DNA of 64,000 nucleotides from Neodothiora populina (lineage: Eukaryota), in NCBI RefSeq assembly GCF_041146345.1, contig NW_027191413.1, forward strand, positions 1,054,001 to 1,118,000, in the 5' to 3' direction. A program made the position numbers and the translations under genes. This document shows, piece by piece, positions 1 through 12,425 of this stretch. How positions within the stretch are numbered: the stretch's first letter is position 1; every line of letters starts with the position of its first letter. The notes under the pieces were generated by a model. That model saw only the letters and a program-made list of their open reading frames with translations. It ran no database searches and had not been told where the DNA came from.

Positions 1-461
1 CTCGGACTCAGTTTTCGCTTCATAAAATTGAGCCGAATTTGCGTACGTGGACGATTCGTTGCCGCACCCATCACATGAATGGTGCTCCTTGACATTCAGT
101 GAGATAAGACTCTAAGATAGATGATATGAACCTTCGGTAGTTGTTCTTGCCACCATCATGCTCAAAATCTTGGCGCTTATGTACATGCATGTGGGACGTT
201 CTTCGACACTTCACTTTCCCCGTCAAGAGCTTTGGCCACATGAAGCGGCTGTACCTGTTTACGTTCCGTTAGCCTCACGTGCGTTCACCTTGAACATCAT
301 CACAATTCACAATATATTGTTCTACCGTTTAGAACATCCTGTCTTTGTCTTCTGATTGGCAAGGGTAATAAATACTGACTCGGTTTCTCCGGAATTTGCC
401 ATTCGAGCCTGCTTCTCGAGGTGTTTTCATCATTACATCAGACACTTGTCAACACTAGACA

Positions 462-2895
462 ATGATTGCTGGATTCGATGAGTGGGCGGCCTCTGCCCAG
501 GTAGGCCATGTGCTTCCTCTTGAGCAGCTGCGCAATCATAGACTCGGTATTGATGCAGAAGATTACATCAACAACCTTCTCGCGAACCAACCGACACGTG
601 AGCCCCTTCTACCCGCTCTTGGGGGTCTTCCATTTTCCTTAAAGGGGATTGTGGAGAGCCATATCTCGATCCTCGAACAGCATGGCGTCGAACCTACCTT
701 TGTCTTCAATGGCCTCAGTCACAATGCTCAGGAAGACCGGATGCGCATCATGGCGGGCTCCGCAAAGGCCTTCGCCGCGGCTTGGGACTTATATGGAGCA
801 TCTCAACCCGACCAAGCTGTGAACGAATTTGGAACATTGTGTATGAATTCTGTTCTCCTACTAAAGCTTTTCTGTGTTGGTCGCTGACGCTGATGATTTC
901 TTGCCAGGCACTCTGGATGTCGAGAATGTGTACCGTTATGTACAGACTATTCTACGTAAGCGCGGAGTGAAGTTCTTCATTGCTCCTTATAGCGCTGCCG
1001 CTCAGGTATGTCAAGTGTTTGGTTGATTCAAACTCCTCAAATTGACCTGATTTATTGTAGCTTGCATCAATCGCTGGCTCTGAATTTTGCGATGCAGTGG
1101 CTGGCTCGCCCGAAACCCTCATGTTTGAAATCGATAAATTGATTACCAAGCTAGACTTTGAGCACAAGGAGATTACGCTGGTGACGCGCAAAGAATGTGT
1201 CGAAGCGCTTGGCTGCACCTCAATTGGCATGTTCGTTGATGCATGTCTCTTGGCCGGCTCTTCTTTCCTACCGACGCTTCCTGCACTGGAGAATGAGATA
1301 TCCCCTCTCCCGAAGCCACCGAGGGTCAAGGCAGCTGCAGACTTACTCAAGCAACGCAATGTTCACACCAATGTTATCTGCATGCAATATCAACAAGAAG
1401 ACCCCATCATGGCTGCCATGGATTATGTCGACAGATACCGCAAAGCATCTTGCTCTATCAAGCAACACGTCGTCATGCGACCAAGCGGAGAGGTAGTCTC
1501 ACTGGATGCTCCTCACGTGCCCCGCGATATGCATGCGTTTATGGGTCAGCGACTACCTGACGAGATTTTTGCATACCTTTCGCGTGGCATCATTGGACCT
1601 GAAGTTCCGCAGTGGCGGTCATTGGGCGTGATTGTGGAGCGACCCCCACTTGACGGTGGTGAGTCGCAAGTTTACCATCGTCTCGTTCGAGAACGTCTTA
1701 CACCTTTACGGGCATCTGCTGTGGGCCTCCTGTCGCAATCCCTGAACCGTTACTATGGTAAAACAGACATTACCGTTCGATGCTGGTTCGACATCGATGG
1801 CGATCACACCAACTTGGGCATACCGGGAAGCTCAGATCCTCGAGCTGAAATAGCCGCTTGGAATGTACGAATTGAGCAAATTGGAGAGAGAGCCAACCAA
1901 CTTGAGGTAAGTCGGCTTGTCGTGCGATTAGTGCATCTTTTACTGTTGCTAACAGTGGAACATGATAGCGTGAGATCTCTTCGCTTGCTTTCTCGGTTAA
2001 GAGCCTAGACGACACCAGCTTTGCGAAAAGCACAATAACACCAAAAACGGCTGGTTACAAGCCGCTCGACGGACCATCAGAGGTCCGTTGCAATGCGGTC
2101 TGGCGTTTCCTACAGTTGCGCGGTTATATCAGCGCAGACCATACCCTGTCTCCGATAGGCAAAAGTCTTTTGGCTGCTTTTATCAAAGCTGGCGACCAGC
2201 GACTTGAGGAGTCTGTCATCGTCGCCCTGGAGCTGTTGCGCCTGGATGCACTGAACGCAGATGATATGTTCACCAATTACGGCGGGGCCCCCATGAGAGG
2301 AAGCGAGACAGACAAAAGGAACACACTCCTCATCAGCCGAGTGGCCTGCCTTGGCAACCTGGAGCATAAGAGTATAGGTTTCACTGGCCCTCTGAGCCGA
2401 CATCTGCTCGCGTACCGAAGTATGATCTCGGTGGTCCGACGTAGTCTGCGCGACATGGTGGAGATGAGCTTGTGCAGTATGCTTATGGACGGCACTGTGA
2501 CACGCGATCTATCATTGGCCGAGCTAGCCGATGTCAGCTTTGATCTTCCATTCCTTTTGGAAACTGATTGCGCTCTTGGAATTGCTGTCAAGTCATACCT
2601 GGACGAACTCGCAGGTCATCCAGACCCGTCTTCGCCTGAAGCTCGTGAGGAGACCAAGACAACTGGCGTCAGCCCCTGGTTCCCCCATGCCAAGAACTTT
2701 GTGGGTGACCTGGAGAAGGCATTCAAGCTATGGGATGCGGTATGTTTTCAGTCTTCACTTACCGTTTGGGTTTGGGCTTCGCTAATACTGTGCTAGGTTT
2801 ATGCCGCAGTTGAGGTTGCACCATCCAATGTGATCTCGTCCAAAGATAAGAAGATCTGGGAGGAAGCGAATGCCTGGCTTGCGGAGAGAAGATAG
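462..2895 (+). CDS. MKT1: Mkt1 (XPG/PIN-like N-terminal domain + MKT1_N/C); 5 exons: 462-840, 908-1005, 1061-1906, 1969-2739, 2797-2895
   Basis: Spliced translation gives LGIDAEDY...PTFVFNGL...FFIAPYSAAAQL...PPLDGGES...GFTGPLSRHLLAY...DCALGIAVKSYLDEL, motifs typical of the Mkt1 family. All introns are GT-AG and the frame is preserved. Confidence 0.9.
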
Positions 2896-2937
2896 GCACG
2901 TTTTGTTTCCTAGGCCAGCAGGCCACGCGCACAAGGA

Positions 2938-2958
2938 CAACAACAACAACAACAACAA
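2938..2958. repeat. (CAA)7 microsatellite in the MKT1 3' region
   Basis: caacaacaacaacaacaacaa seen directly. Confidence 0.9.
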
Positions 2959-3647
2959 GAGGGCGAAAACTTGGCACGCCACCTTGATGAGGTCTTGCTG
3001 TAAGGCGGCAGCTATCCCATGCGCCCATTCTCCCTTGACATCATACCAAGCGTCATCTATGAAGGGTTAGTCGCACAGGAAGTGAAATTTGCTTCTAGAT
3101 TACTATAGATACATAAGTGGACCGGTGTCACCATGGGACCGTCACTTGAAATCAAAAGTCGATTATAACGAAACCGAGTGTGCAAGCAACAAACTAGAAA
3201 TACATGCAGGCGTGACTCGAGCCACACGAATGGTGTGGAATTGCGAGCCCTCACAGTCACAGAGACCACCAAACATGTCTCGAATTAGCTTCTTTCTGGT
3301 ATTCAAAGGGGATTAGAGCCATTAGGTGTCCATTGCGAAAACAGTATCAAGGGCGCCAGGGTTGAAGACAGGGTCACCTCCAGGCAGATGCCAAGACTGG
3401 TGACGTCGAACCTCCAATCGGTGTTACCTCACCTCCAGGTTACCTACGGTACCTTACACTACCTGAATTACCCTGGTCAATGAAACTCCTTGATTTGACA
3501 CAGACGCAAAGTGTATCTATATTGGCCTCTTCACGTGTTCGTGCATTGTTGTTTTATGCTCTGTCAACGCTTTGGAAGGCTTCCGGAAGAGAGAAACTCT
3601 GACCGTCACCGTGACAGTGTCCTACCTGTGAATCAGTTTCTGTCAAG

Positions 3648-5975
3648 ATGTCAGATACTACGCCATCTACCAAGTTTCTCGACTTGCCGGTTGACGTTCT
3701 CTATCTCATCTTTCCGCATCTCGCTGTCACAGATTTCATCTCCTTGACATCAACATGCAGTGCTTTGCATCAGTCATCATTTTCCCAGTATGCTCCTTTC
3801 TGGGCTGCAGCAACTCGTAACACATTCCGTGTCCCCAACCAACCAGTAGTCGAGAATGATGGATCAAGATGGCGAAAAATGTATAAGCGTCTTCGCACTC
3901 AAAGTAAAGTGTTTACGTGGGGCAACAATGAAAAGGGTTGCTTAGGCCACAGCACCGTGACATACGAGCAGTTGGGCCAAGTCGGCCCTGCCATGCGAGG
4001 ACGCCTCGTCAGACGCAGCAGACATGTCAGTTGGCCGCAGCAAATGATGAACCTGGACTCTGTTGGAATTGTAGCTGATCTGCAATGTGGGGGCTGGTCT
4101 ACGACGATGCTAAGCTCAAAAGGTGCATTATGGAGTGTTGGAGCACTCGATGGTCAAATGTTCGTTCACCATCGTGGGAGACCTAATGCGCTGCCTATGC
4201 AAAAGCCTCAGTTCACTCCAACAAAATTGAGATACCCGCCTGGTTTGCCTCATCCGAATGACAGGTACGAGCCTGCTACTGCGGTGCGACAGTTTTCTTC
4301 TGGTCGAGCCCATGTACTGGCCGTCTCGGACTCGGGACGTATCTGGAGCTGGCAGAATATCGAACATGCTGCGTACAATGTCAAGTTCTGGAATGTCGAC
4401 TTGAGAGAGCAATCGAGAGAAGATGATTTTGGGTATGTGAGAAAAGTTGTTGCAGGATGGAACAAGAGCTGTGCCCTGGTGAATGGCGCCGGTATCGTTG
4501 TCTGGGATCCCATAAGTCGGGAAAATGGAGCACAAGAAAGCGAGGAGGATGCTGCTCTCATACTGGAGACAGCCGTGGCGCCCTTGACTGCATATCAGCA
4601 ATCATACTCTGGAGACTCGTCCGAGATCGCCAGAGAAGGTCAGCACATTGGTGAAATACAGAACTTCATCTGCCTTGAGGATCACCTTGTATTCAATACC
4701 CACCTTGGGAAGGCTTTTGCGGCCAGGATTACCTGGAACGGAGCGGACCAAGCTGTGTCAGAGCCTGTAGAGATCGTGTTGCCGACCGACGAGAGTGACG
4801 CTTCATCTTCCGTCGAGCCGCCCACAGCCACGGATGTGCAAGGCTCCTTCCGCTCATTTGCAATATTCACCTCCAATGGAGGTGTTCTCACTGGAGACCA
4901 AGACATGATCAGCAACCTCATCAACTATTCTAACCGACCAATACCATTCAAGCGTATCCCCGCTCTTCAAAACGCCTCGGTGATATCTCTCGCATTTGGT
5001 GACTATCACTTGCATGCCCTTCATGCATCCGGGCATATCACATCTTACGGCACAGAGCCTCAGGGTTGTGGTGCACTGGGTCTTGGTGGTCACGGCGATC
5101 CGGAGGGTCGACTTCGTGGTCTCAGATACACAGGTATCGGAGGAGACGGAAAACTTGTGCCGCACGCTTATACTATCGGCCGCCGAGTATGGTTTGAGCA
5201 AGAGAAGGAAAACTGGATCACTTTTCTGACGAGTGGCGGTGTAGACCCGGAAGAAGCAAGGGAGCGGATGCGCATGTGTGCAGACACGAGTGTACAAGGT
5301 GAAGTCAGCGAATGGGTAGAGCAAGAAGGGCGGGCCTGGGAGCAGAAGATGACCGAGCTTGGAGCAGAGCCTGGCGAAAACGCAAGAGACAGTGGCGATA
5401 GCAGCCTGGACGACGATGGTCTGTGTACATACTTTGCGCTCAGCGTCACAGCCGCAGGTTGGCACTCCGGAGCTCTTGTTCTAGTCAACGAAGACTTGGC
5501 CAGAAGCACAAGAGAGAGATGTCTTGTTCCGTTGCCTTTACCATCGGATGACACTGAGACACAATCGCCGGGGGAGGTTGGCGGCGACAGCACCACTGAA
5601 GCTCAATCTCGACAAGACACATCTCAAGGACAGCCCGACTCCTTGATCACGCAAGTCACAGGCATGATCAGCCGTCTGACAACATCGATATGGCCGGCCC
5701 AGAACCCGAATGGTCCCATGACCGCAAACACACCCAACAATGGTTCAGTCTCACGTCCAGTAGTCTCCGCCCGCCACGACGCCTCGAATCCACACGCGTT
5801 CCTACATCCATCGAACCACGGGGCCGCCGACCAGCAGGGGCGGCAATATGTCTGGGCTGGGGACAGTTTCCCAAGACTTGTACTCCGTCATGGACGGGAG
5901 ATGCCCGGGTCATGTGAGTTCTCCCAATGGAGAGATGGGCGGCCGGAGTGGGATTTGAGCTTCGAGGTTCCGTAA
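3648..5975 (+). CDS. F-box + RCC1-repeat protein (Saf1/Pof9-like SCF substrate adaptor)
   Basis: N-terminal F-box (FLDLPVDVLYLIFPHL). RCC1-type repeats: VFTWGNNEKGCLG, DLQCGGWST, FSSGRAHVLA, LAFGDYHLHAL, VTAAGWHSGAL. Single 775-aa ORF. Confidence 0.88.
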   Translation: MSDTTPSTKFLDLPVDVLYLIFPHLAVTDFISLTSTCSALHQSSFSQYAPFWAAATRNTFRVPNQPVVENDGSRWRKMYKRLRTQSKVFTWGNNEKGCLGHSTVTYEQLGQVGPAMRGRLVRRSRHVSWPQQMMNLDSVGIVADLQCGGWSTTMLSSKGALWSVGALDGQMFVHHRGRPNALPMQKPQFTPTKLRYPPGLPHPNDRYEPATAVRQFSSGRAHVLAVSDSGRIWSWQNIEHAAYNVKFWNVDLREQSREDDFGYVRKVVAGWNKSCALVNGAGIVVWDPISRENGAQESEEDAALILETAVAPLTAYQQSYSGDSSEIAREGQHIGEIQNFICLEDHLVFNTHLGKAFAARITWNGADQAVSEPVEIVLPTDESDASSSVEPPTATDVQGSFRSFAIFTSNGGVLTGDQDMISNLINYSNRPIPFKRIPALQNASVISLAFGDYHLHALHASGHITSYGTEPQGCGALGLGGHGDPEGRLRGLRYTGIGGDGKLVPHAYTIGRRVWFEQEKENWITFLTSGGVDPEEARERMRMCADTSVQGEVSEWVEQEGRAWEQKMTELGAEPGENARDSGDSSLDDDGLCTYFALSVTAAGWHSGALVLVNEDLARSTRERCLVPLPLPSDDTETQSPGEVGGDSTTEAQSRQDTSQGQPDSLITQVTGMISRLTTSIWPAQNPNGPMTANTPNNGSVSRPVVSARHDASNPHAFLHPSNHGAADQQGRQYVWAGDSFPRLVLRHGREMPGSCEFSQWRDGRPEWDLSFEVP

Positions 5976-6151
5976 ATGACCCTTTTCCATACTCTGCAGT
6001 CTGTCCGGAATGGTGGCATGGTGGCAAGAGGGATGAAGTTGAAGTATCCGCGCCCACGGACTAAGAAGGCGACTATAGTGGTTACAACATTCCCGTCACT
6101 CTCACAATGCTACAAGTTCGTTCTGACAAAGTCATACAAATACCAATACAT

Positions 6152-6189
6152 GATTGATATGATCACACGATTGATATGATTACACGATT
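6152..6189. repeat. 17-bp tandem duplication (GATTGATATGATYACAC x2.2)
   Basis: Seen directly in the SAF1-LSG1 intergenic region. Confidence 0.8.
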
Positions 6190-6293
6190 TCCTGGATGGA
6201 GAGCATTATTATCAAGGCTTGTCTGAACACCTCAGGGTTCAAAGATGCGGGAAGCTGCGCAAAAGGGGTATAGCGTGGCTGCCGTTCTGACGT

Positions 6294-6320
6294 CTTATCT
6301 CCGCTTGATAATCAATTTTC
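6294..6320 (+). promoter_or_regulatory. Putative ribosome-biogenesis promoter elements (CTTATC = GATAAG on the minus strand; AATTTTC RRPE-like) upstream of LSG1
   Basis: Motif pair ~250 bp upstream of a ribosome-biogenesis gene; the same pair occurs upstream of RPC19. Confidence 0.45.
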
Positions 6321-6565
6321 GGGCTTTAACTCTTTTGCTGCATATTTCTCGATTTCTCTCTTTACTGCGCCCAGCTTCAGTCACACTGGCTGAATAATTA
6401 TTCATCAACCATCTATCGACGTATTTTGGTTTTCTGTCTCTGTTCTATCGCAACAAGGAAATAGACCACGAATTGTTGCGGACACTCTCTACATCACAGG
6501 CCTGACCTAGGCGAACGCCAATCGACCCTGTCCTCGATCTACCCCTCTAGTTATCAACCGCCACC

Positions 6566-8683
6566 ATGGTTCTCGCCAAGTCCAAGCAGCAGGTCGGACT
6601 GGGCAATGCCCTCATGAACGATCGGTTCGGCAAGGGAAAGAAGTCGGAGATGCACAAGGGAGGTGTGGCGGGAAACATCAAGCGTACCAATAAGGAGACG
6701 GGCGAGACGTACATCACCAACAACAAGGAGGATGCCGCCTACATGAAGATGCGCTCCGTCACCGAGCAGGGCGCCCTCGACGAGTTCTTGTCGACGGCCG
6801 AATTGGCTGGAACCGACTTCACTGCGGAGAAGATGAACAACGTCAAGATCATCCACAAGGACCAGAAGAACCCGTATCTGCTGAGCGCGGCAGAGCACAA
6901 CCGTGTGCTCAAGAAGCACGACAAGAACAGAAAGAGATTGACCGTGCCCAGAAGACCGGGTTGGGATTCCAGCACCACGAGAGAAGAGCTGGACACCAAG
7001 GAGAGACAGGCCTTGCTGGAGTGGAGAAGAGGCCTTGCCGAGCTGCAGGAGAACCAGGATCTGCTCTTGACTCCGTTCGAGCGCAACCTGGAGGTCTGGA
7101 GACAGCTGTGGAGAGTCATCGAGCGATCAGACCTCGTCGTGCAGATTGTCGATGCCAGAAACCCCTTGATGTTCAGATCCTCCGACTTGGAGAATTACGT
7201 CAAGGAGGTCGACAGAAAGAAGCGAAACTTGTTGCTTGTCAACAAGGCTGACATGATGACACACGAGCAGAGGACGGCGTGGGCACACTACTTCATGGAG
7301 CACGACATCAACTTCCGTTTCTTCTCCGCCGAGCTGGCCAAGGAGATGAACGAAGCCAAGGGTCTGACCGAGGGTAGCGACGACGAGGCAGACTCCGAGT
7401 CCGAGTCCGAGTCCGAGTCCGAGGTCGAGGATGAGTTAAAGGAACAGATCGAGCAGGCCACCCAGGGCGACGAGAACGCCATCGAGCGGGAAGCCCGCAA
7501 GGTCGAGTTCCAGGAAAAGCAAGAAGAAGACGGCAAGTGGGTCGACGAAGCGACCGTCGATGGCGCACCGGAGAGCGACACTCTTCCTTTGTCGCTCGAG
7601 GAGGCTACTCGCATTCTCACCACCGACGACCTCGAGGCGTTGTTTCTGCAACACTCGCCCAAGCAAGTGCCCAACCAGGACGCCGACGCTCCCGTGAGAA
7701 AGACTCAAATCGGTCTTGTGGGATACCCCAACGTCGGTAAATCGTCGACCATCAACGCCTTGCTTGGTGCGAAGAAGGTGTCCGTGTCCGCCACCCCTGG
7801 TAAGACGAAGCATTTCCAGACCATCCATTTGTCCGAGAAGGTCATTCTGTGCGATTGTCCCGGTCTTGTCTTCCCCAACTTTGCCACCACCAAGGCCGAG
7901 CTCACTTGCAACGGTGTTCTCCCCATCGATCAGTTGCGTGAGTACACCGGTCCCGCCACTCTGGTCGCTCAGCGCATCCCTCAATCCTTCCTCGAAGCCA
8001 TCTACGGCATGAAGATCAACATCCGCCCTCTCGAGGAGGGTGGAACCGGCACCCCCACCGGAGAGGAACTCTTGCGCGCCTACGCGAGAGCTCGTGGCTT
8101 CCAGACCCAGGGACTGGGTCAACCCGACGAGAGCAGAGCTGCACGATACGTGCTGAAGGACTACGTCAAGGGCAAGCTTCTGTTCTGCGTGCCGCCTCCC
8201 GCGGAGCCTCCCATCGACGAACGCGAGTTCAACCGGGAACTTTACGACTTCGCACACCTGCCGGAGAAGCGCCGAGCTCGTCTGGCCGCCGACGTCGACA
8301 GCGCTCTGACGGGCACCGACGACCCGTCTCTCATGGACCCCGAAGCCGACTTGATCACCATGCCCTCAGCCGAGGGCGCCAAGACGCGCAGCATGGACAA
8401 GAAGTTCTTCGCGCCGGGCCAGGGTCGGGGAACGGTGAACATGCCTTTTCATCACAAGTACAGCGAGGTGGGCAGCGCTCAGGTCGCCGAGACGGGCGGC
8501 AGGATGCTGACGGGCCGCAAGGCCAAGGTGATGACGGCGCTGGAGAACGACATGGATCTCGAGGATCCTGCTGTCAGGAGCCAGTTGGGGCTGGGCAGCA
8601 GTAAGAAGCACTTCAAGGCGTTCAAGAAGAGGGAGAAGAAGATCAGGAACAATCACTCCGAGTACAGTGATTTCATCTCTTGA
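6566..8683 (+). CDS. LSG1: Large subunit GTPase 1 (60S maturation, circularly permuted GTPase)
   Basis: TPFERNLEVWRQLWRVIERSDLVVQIVDARNP, NKAD (G4) before GYPNVGKSS (G1), TPGKTKHFQT, DCPGL. Intronless 705 aa; includes (TCCGAG)5 encoding SESESESESE at 7394-7423. Confidence 0.97.
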   Translation: MVLAKSKQQVGLGNALMNDRFGKGKKSEMHKGGVAGNIKRTNKETGETYITNNKEDAAYMKMRSVTEQGALDEFLSTAELAGTDFTAEKMNNVKIIHKDQKNPYLLSAAEHNRVLKKHDKNRKRLTVPRRPGWDSSTTREELDTKERQALLEWRRGLAELQENQDLLLTPFERNLEVWRQLWRVIERSDLVVQIVDARNPLMFRSSDLENYVKEVDRKKRNLLLVNKADMMTHEQRTAWAHYFMEHDINFRFFSAELAKEMNEAKGLTEGSDDEADSESESESESEVEDELKEQIEQATQGDENAIEREARKVEFQEKQEEDGKWVDEATVDGAPESDTLPLSLEEATRILTTDDLEALFLQHSPKQVPNQDADAPVRKTQIGLVGYPNVGKSSTINALLGAKKVSVSATPGKTKHFQTIHLSEKVILCDCPGLVFPNFATTKAELTCNGVLPIDQLREYTGPATLVAQRIPQSFLEAIYGMKINIRPLEEGGTGTPTGEELLRAYARARGFQTQGLGQPDESRAARYVLKDYVKGKLLFCVPPPAEPPIDEREFNRELYDFAHLPEKRRARLAADVDSALTGTDDPSLMDPEADLITMPSAEGAKTRSMDKKFFAPGQGRGTVNMPFHHKYSEVGSAQVAETGGRMLTGRKAKVMTALENDMDLEDPAVRSQLGLGSSKKHFKAFKKREKKIRNNHSEYSDFIS

Positions 8684-9041
8684 TTGGTTTTTTTTTATTC
8701 TTCAGAAGGAATTCGAGGTTGTTGTTGTCGTCCCTGCATGTTCTGGCGTTTTGTTTCGGGTTTTTGTCTTGGCTTCATGAGATTATCGATGGACCACGAC
8801 ATGTCTTGTATGCTCTCTTTTTCTTTCTTAGGTAAGAAATCGAAACAAGAAAAGGAATGAAATGAGAAAAAAAAAAATCTATTTCTCATGCCGTGATGTA
8901 CAAGTTTTATCTTCATTGGGGGGAGGGCCTTCCCTGACAACATCTAGACCAACCGTCCACGAAGCTGCCCCTTTAATTCCGTCCTTGCATGTAACCACAC
9001 GTCTATCATCATCATTTTCCAGACCAGACCGGACCAGACCA

Positions 9042-9909
9042 TCAAAACAAAACCCCCTTAGTGCTAGGAACCTCGCCCTCCTTCCCTATTACTCTAGCAC
9101 TAGCCATGCGAATCGCGCCCGCAATAGCCTTGAACGCGCTCTCGGCCTTATGATGATCATTTTCTCCTCTCAACACATCAACATGCATCGTGACGCCCGC
9201 GCCCTGCGTGAACGACTGCAAGATATGCGGGATCATCTCCGTGCTGAGGTCGCCGATTTTCTCACGCTTGAAGACGGGCTGCGCTGCAGGGACAGAGGGG
9301 TAGGGCACAGCGAGGTTCGAGACAAAGTACGGGCGGTTGGACAGGTCCAGCACGCAGCGCGAGAGGGCTTCGTCCAGAGGCGCGTAGGCGTGCCCGAAGC
9401 GCGCCAGGCCGGCGGTCGTGTGCAGGGCGGATTTGAACGCCTTTTTTTTTTCTTTTCCGTCAGCATTCTACCTTTCATATCGGATTGACGAGAGAAGGAA
9501 AGGGAAGGGGAGGGGAGAAAGAAATGGGACATCGCACCTGTCCCAGCGCAATAAACGTGTCCTCGGCAGTGTGGTGGTCGTCGATGTGTAGGTCGCCCTT
9601 GGTCCGCAGCCACAGGCTCCAGCCTGAGTGTTTCGCCATGGCGTGGATCATGTGGTCTAGAAACCCTAGTCCTGTGTCGATGTCTATCGTTTGGGACGCT
9701 GTCGCTTGGGCTGCGTGCTCTGCTGCTGCTGCGTCTGATGAAAATGATGAAGAGGAAGTCATGCCCGGGACGGGCTCGAGGGCCCCGCCGTCGATGTTGA
9801 GGGATAGCGCGATCTTGGTCTCGTTTGTGTCGCGCGTTATGGTTGCGCTGCGGATGCGCTGGTTCGTGTTGGCTACTGCCTTGAAGGTGTTGGGGTCTGA
9901 GCAGGACAT
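9042..9909 (-). CDS. HIS3: Imidazoleglycerol-phosphate dehydratase; intron 9441-9537
   Basis: [64 protein letters not shown]. Confidence 0.97.
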
Positions 9910-10183
9910 GGTTTCTTTTTTTTTTCCACTTCTTTTGCCTCTCTTCTAGGTATTTTTCTGTCTTCTTCTGTTTGTCAATTGGACCAGAGGGACAAGTAGA
10001 ACAGGAAAAGTTCAAATGTTTCGTGCAAGTCAATCAATAATCACCCGAGTCGTGATTCGGTCATCTCTCTCCATCAAAGTATAACTTCACAAAACGCCAA
10101 GTCTCGTTCTTTCCACTCCCCGCAGCATAATGAACCGCAAGACGACCAGAAAAGATAATCGGCAAAAAAAAGGAGATGGAACT

Positions 10184-10342
10184 GATAAGATAACCTTAAT
10201 TTTTCTCTTGCAGCCAGCCAGCCAGCAGCCCTCATTGCAGCAAGCAAAGCACCAGGTCCCTCTCTCTCTCTGCGGGAAGAGCGGACTGTGACGAACGAAC
10301 CTCCGCGATTATCAAAAATTCCCATCCTCCCTCGAAAAATTG
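10184..10342 (+). promoter_or_regulatory. Putative GATAAG plus AATTTTTC/GAAAAATT elements in the HIS3/RPC19 divergent promoter
   Basis: GATAAG at 10184, AATTTTTC at 10198, further AAAAATT and CGAAAAATT copies at ~10313-10341. Confidence 0.45.
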
Positions 10343-10436
10343 TCTGGGTGATAGCACAGCACAGTCGAGGCCACGACACATACAACGCTCGTTTTTGAAT
10401 AGATAAACGTAGAAAGAAGAAAACAAGAAAAGAAGA

Positions 10437-11073
10437 ATGAGCGCAAATGGAGACCAGGAAATGACGGATGCCGTCGTCGTCGCCGGTGCGGGAATTGAGG
10501 ATGTCGAGCAGGAAGAGTTTACTGAGCCGCAGCGTATCAGAGTGGTATGTTCCATTTTCTCAGTTATTCTTATCTCAATCTGGAAGAAAAAAAAAAGGGA
10601 AAACAATTACAAAAAGAATGTAAGACGCATTGGTTTACTGACATCGTATAATGAAACCAGTTGCCTGGGTCAACGGATACCGCTGCCTCGTTCGAGTTCA
10701 CAAAGGAAGATCACACGCTCGGAAATGCGCTGAGGTATATCATCATGAAAAAGTGAGTCCTTTTTTTTTGTTCTTTTATCCCCTAAACATCTGGCTAATC
10801 GGATCATCAACAACAAGTCCCGACGTCGAGTTCTGCGGTTACTCGATCCCGCATCCTTCAGAGGCAAAGATGAACCTGCGCATTCAGACATGGGGTAAGT
10901 CAAAACCCAGACTCTTATGGCCGTGAGACGAAAACTAATAGAAAATGAAAACAGACGACGTCAATGTCTACGACGTGCTAGAAAAGGGACTGAACGACCT
11001 CATGGACCTGTGCGACGTCGTCGTCGACAAGTTCACCCTCGCGCGTGATCAATTCAACGCCATGAAAGCATAA
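10437..11073 (+). CDS. RPC19: RNA polymerase I/III shared subunit AC19 (RPAC2); exons 10437-10544, 10661-10752, 10818-10894, 10955-11073
   Basis: Spliced: [47 protein letters not shown]...[15 protein letters not shown]. Confidence 0.95.
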
Positions 11074-11342
11074 CCCTTCACAAGAATGCTGTGTCCATTT
11101 CACGATATACAGGCAGCTTGAGCGTCCGAGGCGTTTTTCTTTTGTTTCCTCTCATGTTTTATGTACGCTCTTTTTGCATTCGAGGGAGTTTTGTGTTTAT
11201 AATTGGTATCATTACAGACAGAAAAGAAGTCTGGGGGGAAAGGGGTTCCAATGGATCGGGAAGAAACAGAGACGGGGGGCAGGCAGGCAGGCAAGGCGTA
11301 TGTATAAAGAACTATTCGAGACCTTTTTTTTTCTTTTTCGGT

Positions 11343-11965
11343 TTAGTTGCGTCCCTGGAGGATGCATGCGTCAGTTGTCGTCGTCTCTTGTGATATGTTT
11401 GTCAAGGAAGGCAAAGGACTCACCTCCAAGAAACCCTGGATGAAGTTCTTGGGTAGTGCGGCCTTGGGGTCCTCCTCGGCGCGGAAGTACTTGAGGACGT
11501 GTGTGACTTGCTTCCAGAAGTTGAGAGTCTCCTGTTTTTTGCGCATCAGCCATTCGTGTCCGTCAATCCGGCGTCTTCCTTTTCATACCTGGTATTCCTG
11601 GTGCGACTGAAACAGCAGCACATCGACAGTCTGCAGCTGGCCGACGTATCTGTGCCTCTCGAATTCCTGTCGCATCTTGGTCCGGATGGATGAGACGGGC
11701 ATGTTGAGCGAGTACATGGTCTGGATCTCGGGGGCCTGCGTCGGGTTCATATCAACCAAAACCATTCCTTTTTTTTCTTTGTAGACCAGCAGGGTTCATA
11801 CCGCTCTCAGCCATTCCCGGTAGGACTTGAAGACTCGCTTCTGCGCATCGCTCCAGTTGACGGCTGTTTGGCGGTTGTTAGTGGTGTAGATTCGGGGCGG
11901 ACGGGACAGGACAGGGCAATCGTACAAGAGCGCGTCCTCTGCGCGAGATATGTAGGGTTGATCAT
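11343..11965 (-). CDS. Complex I 14.8-kDa LYR subunit (NDUFA6/NB4M); 5 exons
   Basis: Spliced: [65 protein letters not shown]...QETLNFWKQ...FIQGFLEGRN. Confidence 0.93.
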
Positions 11966-12020
11966 ATTTGCGCGATAAAGAAGTCTCTCGGGCAATTCAC
12001 CAGTCGATCATCAATCGAGG

Positions 12021-12055
12021 GGAGATTGGAGATTGGAGATTGGAGTTTGGAGATT
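12021..12055. repeat. (GGAGATT)5 heptamer tandem repeat upstream of the NDUFA6 start
   Basis: Seen directly; one copy has a mismatch. Confidence 0.85.
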
Positions 12056-12425
12056 GGATAGTAGTGGATGGTGGAATGGTATGGCGATTGCTGCTGACCA
12101 CCACTTGCTGCTTGCTCTGCTGTTGGCTGACGGGAGACCTTGCCCTGCGCTCTCGGAGCGGAGGGGAGCTTCCGAGGTTCCGGAGTCTTTTGCTTTGCTG
12201 GAGTCAGCCCTAAGGCATCTCAAAGTCAGGCATCAAGGTATCCATCCGTGTCTATACCTTACCTTACCTTCCCGTAGCTTAGCCTCAATCACAACCAACA
12301 GCACCCCTCCATCGTCCCCACCCAGCGATATTTCTCACCATCATCATCGCCACCCCCAACTTCATCTCGACAAGCCGTCCCACAAGAGCGCAACAAGGAA
12401 CAGAAAGATCAAAAGAATCGCAAAA

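Noticed and set aside
7436..8257. 273-aa minus-strand ORF and other ORFs inside LSG1
   Set aside because: Antisense or frame shadows produced by high GC3.
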